Numbered from the whole stretch's first letter, positions 27,531-40,131 are shown. The stretch: 63,887 bases of DNA, filler included, from Basidiobolus ranarum (GCA_040143965.1; 5 parts of 5 records of this genome joined end to end with filler, not necessarily neighbours in it), one strand, 5' to 3'. The notes: generated by a model not told the origin, from the sequence alone. Program-made: numbers and translations.

Positions 27531-28746
27531 TTAGTCAAAGACAATGACAGCACGGAATCTTGGCTTTCCGCTCATCATATCTTTGTAAGCCTGCCTGGCT
27601 TGATCAATGGCTTTGTATTGGTTCCTGGCTTGATCAATGGCTTTGTATTGGTTAAGGCTGAGAAATTAAGAGCATCTTCAGCATCCTATGGAGCTTCAAA
27701 TTAGCAACTGCTCCGAGTCTCTTACAATCCTATGGAACTTACCGCTTGGGTGCCACTTGGCCATCCACGGATTTGAGCTCTCTTAACAATTAGGCTGGTC
27801 GAATCAATCTTCAAAGGTTCTGGAAGCATTGAGACGATTAATAAAGTACCATCGAATGCCAACCCATCAACCAACTTTGATACGTCGCCACCAGGAGCTG
27901 TGACGATGATTAACTTGGCTCCTCCTAATTTCTGAAGCTCCACAACAGCATCTTGACTGGACTGATCAATATAGACGTGAGCGCCCAATTCATTTGCGAG
28001 ATCTTTCTTGTTTGCTGAACTAGAAAGAGCCACAGTGCGATAACCGAATTTTTTACTATATTGAATAGCTAGATGACCGAGACCACCGATGCCTACAACA
28101 GCACACACATCCCCAGGATGAATATTGTTCATATTTCGAATGGAGTTATAAACTGTAATTCCTGCACAAAGCAAGGGAGCTGCTTCAACTGAACTTAGCT
28201 CCTCTGGGATTCTACAGCAAGCACTTTGTCTAACCACCATATATTGTACATATCCTCCATCCTGTTTGGCCCCAGTTACCCAATATTTATCACAATCAAC
28301 AAATGTACCACGATGACACGCTTCACATTCCCCACAATACCCACCACTCCAACCCACACCAATACGCATACCCACTTTATAAAGTGAACTGACCTAGATA
28401 GTTCCACCATACAAAGTCCAAGTCAATAAGGATACCGAGTATCTCATTCTCAAACTCACTTACCATTTCGCCCATCTGCTGAATTCTACCAACTACTTCG
28501 TGACCAGGAATTCTAGGATAGCCTAACCCAGGCATAAGGCCATGCTGAATAATGCAGTCACAGTCAAAAACAATGGGAGTATTTTCGTAAATAACTCACA
28601 ACAAAGTAACCAGTGATGGAGGCAAACGTACCTATGACAAACGCCGCACGCTTCAACCTTGAGCCAGGTCCAGGTGTGGGAATAGGTTTCTCGACTATTT
28701 CCAAGTGACCACCTAAGTGGTTAAAAACAGCACACTTCATAGACAT
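27531..28746 (-). pseudogene. Zn-dependent alcohol dehydrogenase pseudogene
   Basis: ADH motifs (KVEACGVCHSD, PGHEVVG, CGECEAC, APLLCAGITVY, GIGGLGHLA, RFRAVIVFD*) are present but broken by an exon-1 frameshift near 28665, a TG instead of AG acceptor at 28561-28562, and a 30-nt duplication plus frameshift in the last exon. Confidence 0.85.
27594..27653. repeat. Perfect 30-nt tandem duplication
   Basis: CCTGGCTTGATCAATGGCTTTGTATTGGTT occurs twice in tandem. Confidence 0.97.
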
Positions 28747-29555
28747 ACTGATAGAAAATTACTATTGGAGAATAATACAACGAAGGGTATATATACAAGA
28801 GGAAAGCTTGCTACTACACACAAGTGTTGTGATCCAAATAGAGAAAGGATAAATGGAATTCATAAAATTTCTAGAAATGAATTATTTCCAACCTTTCACT
28901 AAATCTCAAGCATTCTCATTCACGTAATAACCTAGATGGTTTTTTGGTGAGAATTTCTTCTTTCCCTGCTGTAAATCAAACTACAAGATGATCAGCCCAT
29001 TTTGGCTACATTTTCATTTCGAGATGTTTTCCAAATTAAGGATTTCCCCGTATTGCTGGATTATGTAATGAATCCTGATGAACACGTTTCAAGTTGAAGT
29101 AACCAGATTTAGGATAAAGATTTAGGGCTAGTATGGGGTATATTCTGACCCCTAAAATGCTTAACCATAGAATAGTATAAATAGTCACATTCAAACTAGA
29201 ATGATAAGGACGCTGTTTCAGTTTGTTGGTTACTTCAGGAACAGTACATATTTATACGACTTTAATCGGAGTATCTTGGTGGCTGAATTGGTGTTTCTAA
29301 GTGTTTTTAATTATGATGGATTTACACTATAATAGTGACATGACGAAGTAAGCTTTTAAAGTTGTATTCAATACTTACAGGGGATCCTTGTTATGCATCA
29401 CCATCTACACATAGGGTTACTCATACCTCGTATTCCACCAATGGACAGTTACGAATATTTTGTAATTTACTAACTACATCTATAGAATCCGAGATTGTGA
29501 TAAAATTAACGTTATTGTTTATTTGAATTTCTATACAACGCTACATAACATCTAA

Positions 29556-30878
29556 TTACTTCTGACCAAACAAAGCTGCTACTTGCTTTGCTACATTTTG
29601 ACCGGTCTTATAGGCTCCAAGCACAGTAGCCTGTGCATCAAGACTAGTAGCTTCTCCGGCAAAGAAAACACGTTCATTAACAGACTCCCCTATGGCTTTC
29701 ATATCATCAGGAGTTGAACCTATTTTGAAAAAAGAGTATGACCCCAAACTAAAGGGATCCTTATTCCAACGTGTCTGATACATAGCTACAAGAGGTGTAG
29801 GTTTACCGAACATATTTTTGAGTACTTCTAGGGCAGAGGCCTTAATGAAAGCATCACTCTTTTCTTCGAGGTTTGCGGCTATACTTGCAGCGTTGAACCC
29901 GATCAAAATTGGCTCACCAGTGTAATGAGCAATATTCAACCATTCACCCCACAAAAGGTCAGGACGCTTGTAAGTGAATAGCTCAGGTTCTTGTGGCCAA
30001 AATTGCTTTTCAAAACGAAGAACTGTCTTATCTAACAAACCCATACCAAAGCGATCAATTGCGCTCAACTTTCTCTTGGGTAAAGAAGGTTGAAATTTGA
30101 TGTCTCCATGCTTTAATACTCCAAGAGGGACGGTAACAACCACGGCATCACAATCATAAGCCTTAGATATAGTTTGGACTGTAGGGGCATTTGCATATTG
30201 AACTCCAATCACTCGCTCATTTAGATGAATATCCAGTCCTTTAGCGAGTGATTTAGGGAAGAAGCTGTATCCTTTAGGGAACACTACATCTACACCATCA
30301 ATATTTTCAGCGTAGTCATAGTAAAGAGTAGATAATTTATCCAAATCACCACCATATTCATGTTCGATTCTTGTATCCATCATATGTCTTAGGAGTAAAT
30401 TTTGATTGGGGAATTCACGGTAGAGAGATCCCAAGGATTGATCCCGAGTACCATTTTGTTTAATCTCGACGATTTCTTCGAAATGTTGGAATTGACTGTC
30501 TCCACGATCGAATACAGCCTTGGGGATGGCTCCGTTAGCATCATATGCCCAACTGTTTTCATAATCAGTGACTTTCATGGTGATATTTTGCTTATTTGCC
30601 TCAGCGACGACAGGGGAATTATTGATACCATGAACCCAATGGGCGCCCAAGTCAATTGGTCCTTGACCTACTGTTCCGGTCCACACACGTCCACCGATAC
30701 GATCTCTTCCTTCCAGCACTGTAACATTGGCACCATTTTGTTGTAAAGCTTGAGCAGCGGAGAGACCACTAACACCAGCTCCTATGACAATGACTCTCTT
30801 ACCACTAAGGGGTAAACCGTGTGCATTGATAGCATAAACGGTAACGCCTACGAAGGCTATAGTTCCATTAAACTTCAT
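29556..30878 (-). CDS. Flavin-containing amine oxidase (polyamine oxidase/MAO-like), probably secreted
   Basis: Signal-like N-terminus from ATG 30878; VIVIGAGVSGL, EGRDRIGGR, DLGAHWVHG, VTVPLGVLK, GSYS and FFAGEAT motifs; intronless. Confidence 0.92.
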   Translation of the reverse strand: MKFNGTIAFVGVTVYAINAHGLPLSGKRVIVIGAGVSGLSAAQALQQNGANVTVLEGRDRIGGRVWTGTVGQGPIDLGAHWVHGINNSPVVAEANKQNITMKVTDYENSWAYDANGAIPKAVFDRGDSQFQHFEEIVEIKQNGTRDQSLGSLYREFPNQNLLLRHMMDTRIEHEYGGDLDKLSTLYYDYAENIDGVDVVFPKGYSFFPKSLAKGLDIHLNERVIGVQYANAPTVQTISKAYDCDAVVVTVPLGVLKHGDIKFQPSLPKRKLSAIDRFGMGLLDKTVLRFEKQFWPQEPELFTYKRPDLLWGEWLNIAHYTGEPILIGFNAASIAANLEEKSDAFIKASALEVLKNMFGKPTPLVAMYQTRWNKDPFSLGSYSFFKIGSTPDDMKAIGESVNERVFFAGEATSLDAQATVLGAYKTGQNVAKQVAALFGQK

Positions 30879-31847
30879 GATTGAGGAAGGCAATATGAAT
30901 TGAAGAACTTTACGCCTAGTTGTAATTTATAGCCATTCGAAATGGAAAATACCATGTCAATGATCAACGCATCGAGATTCGAACCAATCAAATTACTTGT
31001 ATGACACATTAATAAAAGATCGATGAATGAGTTAGACTTGTAAAGTGGAATATTGGATAGAATTATTGTGATACGATTACACCAATGAAAAATTCGCATC
31101 ATTTAATAGTTGCATATTTTTATCATTTCCCTAATAGATGAACGAATCGGAATGGAGTTACTTGGTATTCAGTTGGCCAATATAAGGGAAATTTTTCCAA
31201 CAAATGATAGAGCATGTTCGTTCAGTGAAAGGATAGCCACCCATTTACCTTGGCAACACAAATGATTCATTGAAAGTGTTTTAGTAGCATCACTTGGTTA
31301 ATAAGTTTTTCTTCCATGTTAAGTATTGTATAACTAGTGACACGTACAAGAATCCGGATGATGAAATACCAGTCATATATATATGCACTGAGTTAGCCAG
31401 AAATTTTTTCCCTCTTTCACATTTCTTAATATGTGTTTGTGGCTCAACTGTTTAACATTACTGATACCATTTTAGTACTAATCCAGTTTCCCTTTAAATA
31501 AACAAACACCAACGTGTAACCCCATTATTGCAACTCATATTGTTCCAAAATAGTGAATGATCATGTTGCTACTTGAATCATGCATGTTCTCAATTTTGAG
31601 TGGAGTAACCAAGTCAAGGTATGAAACTTCAAAAATGAATATAAATACTAACAAAAAATCAAAGTAACTTAAGTAAACCGGCGGAAAATTGAAAAATATA
31701 TATTTAGTGAAATATCTCTTGAATTAAAATCCAACCATATTTTTATGGATGTGAATTTTTCAAAAATTAGCAATGTTGCACTTGAAATTTCAAGATCATG
31801 TAAATCAAATCTAGAGTACCCCATCTTACTCTCATATATGTTCTGAG

Positions 31848-32167
31848 TGTTGAAATTCGTATAGTCTAAACATCTATATAGTCATATATCGCTTACTATT
31901 TAGTTATTCCATATTGAACTAGAAATCACTCATTTTTTGCAGAAGAATTTACTTAGAAGTTTGAAGATGTACAGACTTTTCAAACTTGAGCTAGAAGCCC
32001 CAAACCTTACATAGATGTAGCTGGGACCTTCCTTAACCAATCTAAGTGCTTATTTGTTTATATCGTGACAAAACTACAAATGTCAACTTTCTACTCAATA
32101 AATCAATATGTGACGATTCTTCTATTTCTCCAAACCACTTCCAACAAACTCAAAAAACACTTCAACC
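31848..32167 (+). mobile_element. Solo LTR copy 6 with TSD
   Basis: TGTTGAAATT...CTTCAACC (terminal CA changed to CC), flanked on both sides by CTGAG. Confidence 0.85.
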
Positions 32168-33289
32168 CTGAGCACACCTAAGCCCCATTTTCAGTCCAAA
32201 TTTATCCCAGAAGGGCTCACTTCACTGATATAGATTTGCTAAGTATTAAAATTTGAGATCTTCAAGTTGGCCCCAGGATAACTCATTCTATTACAACAGA
32301 TGTTAACAAAATATTGCTTATCAATTGACTGGCCTTTAACAGCGTAAATACTTAATTTTTAGTAAATAGATTGAAATTTTCAAGTTTATAAATACTGATC
32401 TTCTTAAAATACAAAGTCTATACTGTGTCACATCCTACATTGTGATCAGACTTGATCGATTAACTTAAATTTGATCGGTTAACCTGTTGATACAATGAAG
32501 GAACTCATGGCGCAATTGACTTTGCCATGACAACAAAAAAATAGATATCTCATAGTACCTAAATAGCTTGATCTTTACCTAGTAACCCGAATAAACACTT
32601 TGTCTGCATCTTGGAACATATCTCTTATTCCCTATTCCCTTCTTACCTGGTCTATGGCCTAATCGCGTCCTAAGAAAAGGTCAACTCCTTTTGTTCTAGT
32701 CTAGATTCATGACATACTGTGATAACCAAACTCCATGTTTTTTGTTGACAATTATTTTTATATTGCACAATGCTGGTACTACTTAAGTGCATTTGAATAG
32801 GATATAGAATTTATATCTTAATTACGCTCTCACATTTATATGCGAAAATAAGTGATTACCTGAGAGGTAAGTGATGTTGAATACTTGGTTCAATGTTATG
32901 TGAAGCTTGTTTCAGAAAAACCAAAAAGTTAAGGATTGTGTTAAATTGCGAATGTTTTCGGTTAGATAAATACTAGCATATACATATGGTTCGATCCTTA
33001 GTTTTACAACTCTTCATATATTCAAAGTCAACTTGATTGTAGTTGCTATATATTCCGTTGAAGAAATTGGATGTATATCTGACACGAAATTTTCTTTCAT
33101 CCCTTATGATATACGGTAAATGATCAAAAAAATTCAAGTATCATTGTGCTATTTATTCCTCAAGTCATGAGATTTGAATTAATATATAATACTTTTCTTT
33201 TACATTTCCATATTCTTGACTCAACCAGTGATGGAGTAGAACGAGTAAAATTCACAATGCCAAAGTTAGTAAATAGCCAAGCTAAATGC

Positions 33290-33315
33290 TAGGGTTAGGG
33301 TTAGGGTTAGGGTTA
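33290..33315 (+). repeat. Interstitial telomere-like (TTAGGG)n tract
   Basis: TAGGG TTAGGG TTAGGG TTAGGG TTA. Confidence 0.85.
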
Positions 33316-34091
33316 AGCGAACCATACACGTTGGCCAATTGATACTTATAAGGAAGGATACTATTGACTGGTAAACATAGGTAGGACCAATTTGGAGCGT
33401 ACCTTAGCGTGGAAACATTCGGTGAAGATCCGTGAATACTAAAGCCACCTTTGTAAGTGAAGGTTATTACTTAAATTACTCCAGGTTTGATACTACAAAA
33501 AAAGGAACATTGAGCATTGGAGGAAACTTTACATTAATCCTCTATAGTACAACGCCACAATGTGGTAACTGGAGTTACTGAGGTGAAATGCGACTAGACT
33601 GGTTCGAGAATGATCGATCGTTGTCAAGTTAATATGATGGATTATAGTGAAATTTGCCTCATTTGTAATTCTTTTTCTTCCAATTCTTTCGCCTGGAATA
33701 ATTCATTTCATTCCAGAAAAGAAATCTGTCTATGTCCATCCAATAACAGTAATTTTGGAAATACTCAATCTTACCCAATCAGAGGGATATTTGTACCAAA
33801 TTGTCAGTTTCATCCAATGGGAGAGCACCACCACCCATTTCATTTGGTTTTGTTTGGAATGTAACTAAACAGGTACTATTTCGATCGAAAGGGATTTTCA
33901 GCTGAGTGACGACGAGGCTCAAAAAAGCGTGCCTCGACATGAGATTGGGAAGTCTAAATGAGAGAGAAAAATAAGAGGTGGCGTCAATTTTCATATTCAG
34001 GGATAAGCCAGGCAAAGTATATATACTCAATTCACCATCATTCACATCAATTCATTTTATTTCATTTTCATTTCCAATTTCCCCTTTGATC

Positions 34092-35006
34092 ATGGTTTTT
34101 GCCAACGCTAACTTCCCTACCTCCGCTGATGGTCGTACTTATCATGTAGAATTAAAACGTGGTGAAGCGACTAATCGTATTATCACCGTTGGTGACCCAG
34201 CTCGTGCCAAGAGACTCGCCAAATTTCTCGACTCCGAACCAGCTGTTTTCGAATTAAACTCTCATCGTGGTTTCTATACTGCTACTGGTCGTTATAAGGG
34301 AGTTCCAGTGAGTATCATTGCCATTGGTATGGGTATTCCTATGATGGACTTCTTCGTACGTGAGGTTCGTGCTGTCGTGGATGGACCCATGTGCATCATT
34401 CGACTTGGTTCATGTGGTTCCTTGAATGGTGCCAAGCCTGGAGAGTTCATGGTTCCTACCAGTTCCGTCGCTCTCACTCGTAACTACAATTACTTCGCAC
34501 CCGGTTCCAAAGAGCAAAAGCCCTATGATATCACCATGGAGTTCCCAGCCGATGAAGAGTTATCTAAGCTTTTGACTCAAGAATTGAGTGAGGCATTTGG
34601 CAAGGAACAAGTTCATAATGGAGTGAATATCACTGCTGATTCATTCTACTCTTCTCAAGGTAGAGTGGATGAAAATTTCACCGATGCCAATGAGGATTTA
34701 TTTGATGTGATTCGTAAAGAACTTCCAACCGCTGTTTCCTTGGAAATGGAAACTTTCATGCTTTATCATCTAGCACATTGTACCACCTCTGCTCCATTGG
34801 TAGAGAAGAAGCATCAACAAAGTATTCATTGTGGTGCTTCCATGATGGTATTTGCCGATAGAGTGACTAATCAATTCATCGATCACTCCATTGTCCCAAG
34901 TTTGGAAGAGAAAGCAGGCAGAGCCGTTTTTGAATCATTAATTAAATGGAACCCTGATGAAATGGTCCATGAGGAGCATGGAAGTGTTTGGGAAGTGAAG
35001 AACTAA
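34092..35006 (+). CDS. Purine/uridine nucleoside phosphorylase family protein (PNP_UDP_1)
   Basis: GRTYH, IITVGDPARA, GMGIPMMDFFVRE, IIRLGSCG, TADSFYSSQGR and LEMETF motifs; ATG 34092 follows a pyrimidine-rich leader. Confidence 0.9.
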   Translation: MVFANANFPTSADGRTYHVELKRGEATNRIITVGDPARAKRLAKFLDSEPAVFELNSHRGFYTATGRYKGVPVSIIAIGMGIPMMDFFVREVRAVVDGPMCIIRLGSCGSLNGAKPGEFMVPTSSVALTRNYNYFAPGSKEQKPYDITMEFPADEELSKLLTQELSEAFGKEQVHNGVNITADSFYSSQGRVDENFTDANEDLFDVIRKELPTAVSLEMETFMLYHLAHCTTSAPLVEKKHQQSIHCGASMMVFADRVTNQFIDHSIVPSLEEKAGRAVFESLIKWNPDEMVHEEHGSVWEVKN

Positions 35007-36312
35007 ACCCATTGTAATGTTGAAACCTAAACATATGTATAATAAACCTTCGAGAATAATTGGTTAATTAATATACGATTCATTATTAAAATGGTGGGAT
35101 GATATTTTGGGGTGAAGTAGTTCAGGGTCAAGAAGTTTTAGTATGTATTGTCCAATTTTGACATGCGTCTCAAGACATTCCACTTGGGGAAATAGTATTG
35201 TAAGTCTTATATAAACATAAAAAACCTAGTATAACGCTTTTATGGTTAAAGTTTGAGCCATTACTATATATGTTGAAGTGATTTTTCTCCAAATATGCTT
35301 AAATATGATCCATAAGATATTTCTTGGTTTGCCATTCACCGTTAAGCAGGTATGGTAGATTACTTGATTCCAATAAAGCTTATCACTATATTAAGCTTCA
35401 TTAGGTGCCATGTACGGCATTCCATAGAAATCATTTTAACACCAAGTGAAACATAGCAGTGGCAACTCAATTACTTGAAACAGCATCGGTGAGAATTTAT
35501 TGCCAAACTTTGAGTAGAAAGCTCTAGATGTTTGTAGGTTATATTACAAATACACCTAAATAGAGATTATAACTCCAGGTAGAGCTCCAATTACCTCTGT
35601 TCTCTTCAAGAATACTTTTTATTTGGCTAGTATATACATCAGAAATACATATAAAACTTCTGAATATTAGAAAGTGTTGTGGTGCCTGTGTCTACTCAAG
35701 ATTTTGAGTATCTGTAACATTTAGTAATAGGTTACTCACATCTAGCTCACTATCCCAACAACATATTTTCTCACTATCCCGGCAACATAGGAATATTGAT
35801 TGACATGACAGTGATCTAATATGCTTTACCTATACTTCTCAACTTGTGACTCAGAATATTTGCTCTCATATGAATGCAAGCTAAAATATATGGCTTGAGC
35901 ACCAGAGTTGAAGATGCCTGTATTGCAATCAATATGTGTAACTGTAATCAACAAGGCAAAATCTAAAGAAATTAGGAGTACCTTGACGCCTTTAGTGGTA
36001 GAGTCATGGTGACTTTATTACAGCTCCTCAGTTGATTGAATCCTGCATGATATTATGCTACAATTCTCTACTACCTGGGAATGCGTATTTCAGCTCAACT
36101 TTCAAACGTAACGCAAACTTTGAGCCTTGGCATACACAATAGATGGAGAGTAGTTTTAGTAAATGAAGTTTGTGTTATAACATGAACTACATCATGGTTA
36201 TAAGTTTGATTTACTTCACACCAGCCACTCTGTACATCTATTCGCTCATTAGTTCAATCACAAATGGCCTTCATTATTCGTGAGGTACTTCTTTAGACCC
36301 CAAGCAAGATTT

Positions 36313-36627
36313 TGTTGAAGTATTTTGGGAGTTGTTGGAAGTGATTTAGAGAACTAGAAGAATTAATGGTTTTCACTTAATGATCTATTAAGCGTAAGTT
36401 GACATTTATACTTTTATCAAGAGGTAGACAAACCAACGTGTAGAATATGTTCAGGAAGGTCCCAGGAACATGTGTACAAAGTTTGGGGTCTCTTGGATAA
36501 GTTTGAGAACTTCTAAGTTTCAATATTGAGCGTAACTTCCTTATGAATATATTGAATAATAACATAACGAAATTTAGGTAACTAACTATGTGACTATATA
36601 GATGTTTAAGCTACGTCATTTTCAACA
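36313..36627 (-). mobile_element. Solo LTR copy 7 with perfect TSD
   Basis: TGTTGAAG...TTTCAACA, flanked on both sides by GATTT. Confidence 0.88.
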
Positions 36628-37510
36628 GATTTAACATAAACTCCTCTTGGAACTCACTGTATCTGTATTAGTAGTGAGCCCACATGCAAGTGTACTCTGA
36701 CACTTTGCTCTATGTCACATCATATTTCAAATGGAATAGTTCTCTACTTTTACTATTACAACTGTGACAATAAACTACTTATTTATGCAGATAGATACTC
36801 ATAAAAGGGCATTCAAACGCAAACTCCCATGCCAAATGAAGCTTTTCCAAAATTACCTGATATTACCCAGAGTGCTGTTTTATCTCCAGATTTATTCGAA
36901 ACCACTGGTTCTTAATATTATTGACACTTTCCTCGGTTGGACTCGAGGTATTTCTAATAGTAATTGACCTATACAGACTCGTCATTAATTCAAGAACTTC
37001 AGCTGTTAGGTCTGCCATCTTACTGATAGAGTTTTTCAAAGAATATTTTTTGAGGTGTGCATCGCAAATCAATGAAAAGCCTGACTTTCATTGCAATACT
37101 GAATATAGCGAATGAAACTATAGTTCTCAAGAACAGCAATATTTGGTGGAAGCAAGTATTATAGTTCCAAAGCAACAATTACAGAATATCAGCATTTGTT
37201 TTAAAAATCAGTGGGCACACTTGTGCAGATATTACTTAAAATGCGATATCTCCCTTCTAAGATATGCATGTGATGAGCATTTGGTTACAATCTATACAGA
37301 TAGCTACGTTTTTGGTCGATTGCGCCTGATCTGCGAAACACCAGTGGTTTATTATACTGAGATTTGCCCTAACTTTGGTAGAAATGCGCAAGAACTAGGC
37401 CTTCAAATTCACTCCATATTTAAGGTATTTTAAGCTTTGTAGGTACTGTACTACTTGAGAATTGTATAAATTACTTTTGATAGCTCACCATGTAATGACC
37501 CATACACAGA

Positions 37511-37804
37511 ATGAAGCTACAATATATTATATTCGCGCTGCTTGCTCTTTCCTTTGTAGCCTATGCTGCTGAGCCGATAGATGCTGATTTAGGGGGAGGC
37601 CTAACTGTAGTCATAATCACCGCCTTAGTGAAAGCAGGACTTCGCCTAGCAAAAACCCAGACTTCTTGTCAGGCATGCAAAGGTCTATGTAACCGAATAT
37701 TTTCGGGTTCCGTTAGAGATACTTGTAAGTATGAAGTTTGTGTCAAAATCATTGGTGGTGTTTCGACCACTGATAAGCGACCATCTTGTACTTTGATTGA
37801 ATAA
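37511..37804 (+). CDS. Small secreted cysteine-rich protein (97 aa)
   Basis: Clear signal peptide (MKLQYIIFALLALSFVAYA), 6 Cys, TATAAA about 45 nt upstream and AATAAA about 40 nt downstream. Confidence 0.8.
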   Translation: MKLQYIIFALLALSFVAYAAEPIDADLGGGLTVVIITALVKAGLRLAKTQTSCQACKGLCNRIFSGSVRDTCKYEVCVKIIGGVSTTDKRPSCTLIE

Positions 37805-37958
37805 TATGAATTATCCTATATTGACAATCTTTACTTTAGTAAGCAATAAATCTATGTAGTCAAATACCGCTCTAAGCATTCATTTCCTATTCACTAGATT
37901 ATTAACGTATGGCCTGATTTATGCAATTAACTGCGCAACTAGTAGACAGGGGTATATG

Positions 37959-37976
37959 TATATATATATATATATA
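37959..37976. repeat. (TA)n microsatellite
   Basis: About 9 TA units. Confidence 0.9.
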
Positions 37977-38139
37977 CTGTGATTTGACAAAGAAATTATC
38001 TTAATGACTTAGTAGTTGGGTGAAGATTGAGTGGAATTCTCTCGTTTTGTGTATATTGTACATCATATTACTATTGATCGATCTTGTTTCCCCTTCATTC
38101 AAGTATGTCAGGTACATGTATACATCTTTTTCTTGACTC

Positions 38140-38356
38140 CTTCAAAGATAATCATAAAGGGGCTGCTAATGGAGGGAAATATACCTCAGAACTCTTCTCA
38201 AACTTACGCTCAGTACATGGGATAAAACGGCAGACTACAATGCCATATTCCCCACAGCAGAATGGAGTAGCAGAATGTGCAAACAGATCAATAATGGAAA
38301 AGGCAAGATCAATGCTTCATGATTAAGATTTACCAAAACAGTTCTGGGCTGAATTG
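38140..38356 (+). mobile_element. Ty1/copia integrase (rve) relic
   Basis: NGGKYTS...HGIKRQTTMPYSPQQNGVAECANRSIMEKARSMLHD*DLPKQFWAE. The canonical DNGGEY is decayed to ANGGKY and there is an internal stop. Cut by the contig end. Confidence 0.9.
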
Positions 38357-38456
38357 NNNNNNNNNNNNNNNNNNNNNNNNNNNNNNNNNNNNNNNNNNNN
38401 TTAATTAATTAANNNNNNNNNNNNNNNNNNNNNNNNNNNNNNNNNNNNNNNNNNNN

Positions 38457-38613
38457 GGCTTCTATCACAATTACAAAAAATCTATATATCTAAGAATTTT
38501 TAAGTAGGTAAAAATATTTCAAGCAAATTCTAATTGAGAATAATAGGTAATAGCCTAGCAAATATAAGATAACCAAATACAATATAGATTTTTAGGCAAT
38601 GCTAATTTCAACA
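38457..38613 (-). mobile_element. LTR copy 8 (partial, at contig start)
   Basis: Ends TAGGCAATGCTAATTTCAACA like the other copies. Confidence 0.78.
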
Positions 38614-38914
38614 TATTCAGCTATTTGTTGATCCAATATCACTTTGTATGTTTATCTGATCATACCATTTTGTTGCCATATCTTGGTCTTGAGAAATAGA
38701 GTAAACTGTGCAATGATATTATTAGACTATGCAATTGTGGGGTAATATTGATTCTTTGTCTTGAGCTCTGGTGCTAATTCTTCTCATGGAAGCACCCAGA
38801 AAAGTGTTTGTTAATGTCTAGGATACAAGTAAAATGAGCTATATCTAACTAATTTTGTAGATCTTGGAATCTCAACATCAATTACTTTATGCCATGTAAT
38901 AAATATTTTTCAGC

Positions 38915-39261
38915 TATTGAAGTTAGCATTGCCTAAGCACCTATATAGTCATATATAGCTTAGTATTTAGTTATCCAATATTTCACTAAAATATTGCCCT
39001 TGATTCTCAATTGGATTTTACTTGGAATATTCCTACCTACTTAGAGGTTATAAAATACATAGATTTTTCAAACTTGTGCTAGAAGCCCCAAACTTTGCAC
39101 ACTTGTTCTTTGACCTTCCTTAGCATATCCTAAATGTTAGTATGTTTACATCTTGACAAAGCTATTCCTGTCAACTTTCAACTTAATCAATCAATAAGTG
39201 AAAACCACCAATTTCTCTCATTCTCCAAGCCACTTCCAACAGGCTCCCAAATACTTTAGCA
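38915..39261 (+). mobile_element. Solo LTR copy 9
   Basis: TATTGAAGTTAGCATTGCCTAAGCACCTATATAGTC...GGCTCCCAAATACTTTAGCA; flanks TCAGC/CCAAC may be a decayed TSD. Confidence 0.82.
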
Positions 39262-40131
39262 CCAACTTTGTTGCAATTTTTTGATTTGGCAATATTTTGA
39301 CTGATATACCATATGCATGTAGCTGTACACTGCAAATCAGTTTTGGTGAATATACTAAATCATCTATAAGCTGAAATGGCAAACATGCTACTAGAACTCC
39401 TCTCATTTTAGCATCCCTGTACTTGCTGACAACTCCTGGGACACTTCCCAGTTTCTATTGTTATTACTTTTGATTTGACTTCAGTTACTGAAGCTCAATA
39501 AGGGAAGCCAGCTTTTACACATCAAATATTTCCTCCAACTCTCCTAAACATTTCCCATCTGGCATAAAGGAATAAAATAGTATTTATTTGACTTCATGTA
39601 GTTCCTAAGTTGATACAATTATTTCTATTTCTCAAAATATCTGATTCCCTGAAGACAGTTGCAGCCACCCTCTCAGTGATCTCAAGCCTAGTCAGCTGGA
39701 TCAGTACAGTCAATAAAGCTCAACCTTAAAATACCTCAGTATACTTATAGTGAGTCACTTTGACTCTTATACTCAAATAATTCATCCTGCAACTTTGTTA
39801 TATTAAAAACTCTTGTATCTGAAGATTAAATGTTAAAAAACCAGTCTGATACATCTAATGAGGTGAATTATGTGTAAGTTGTCTGTATTTATTATCAAAC
39901 GCTGTGTCATTGAGTTGCTAGAGGTTATCAGGTGAATCTTGAATTTCCTTTGATGGTTTAAGAGCAAATCAGTTTACTACCTCCAAATATTATGGAGTAT
40001 AAGAAGCGTTCCTAGGAGCATGCATAAATACCTTTTCCATGACCTAACTTGATAATAACTTACCTTCTATAAACTAAAATCGCCGCCTTTCTTCAATTGG
40101 TAATTAATCTCAATCTAGGCACTTCCTTACT

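Noticed and set aside
32985-33000. GGTTCGATCC B-box / tRNA T-loop motif
   Set aside because: No cloverleaf or A-box around it; a similar motif near 14860 fails for the same reason.
38140-38613. Integrase relic plus LTR copy 8 as one retrotransposon spanning the gap
   Set aside because: They are on different size-sorted contigs, and the inferred LTR sense strand is opposite to the integrase strand.
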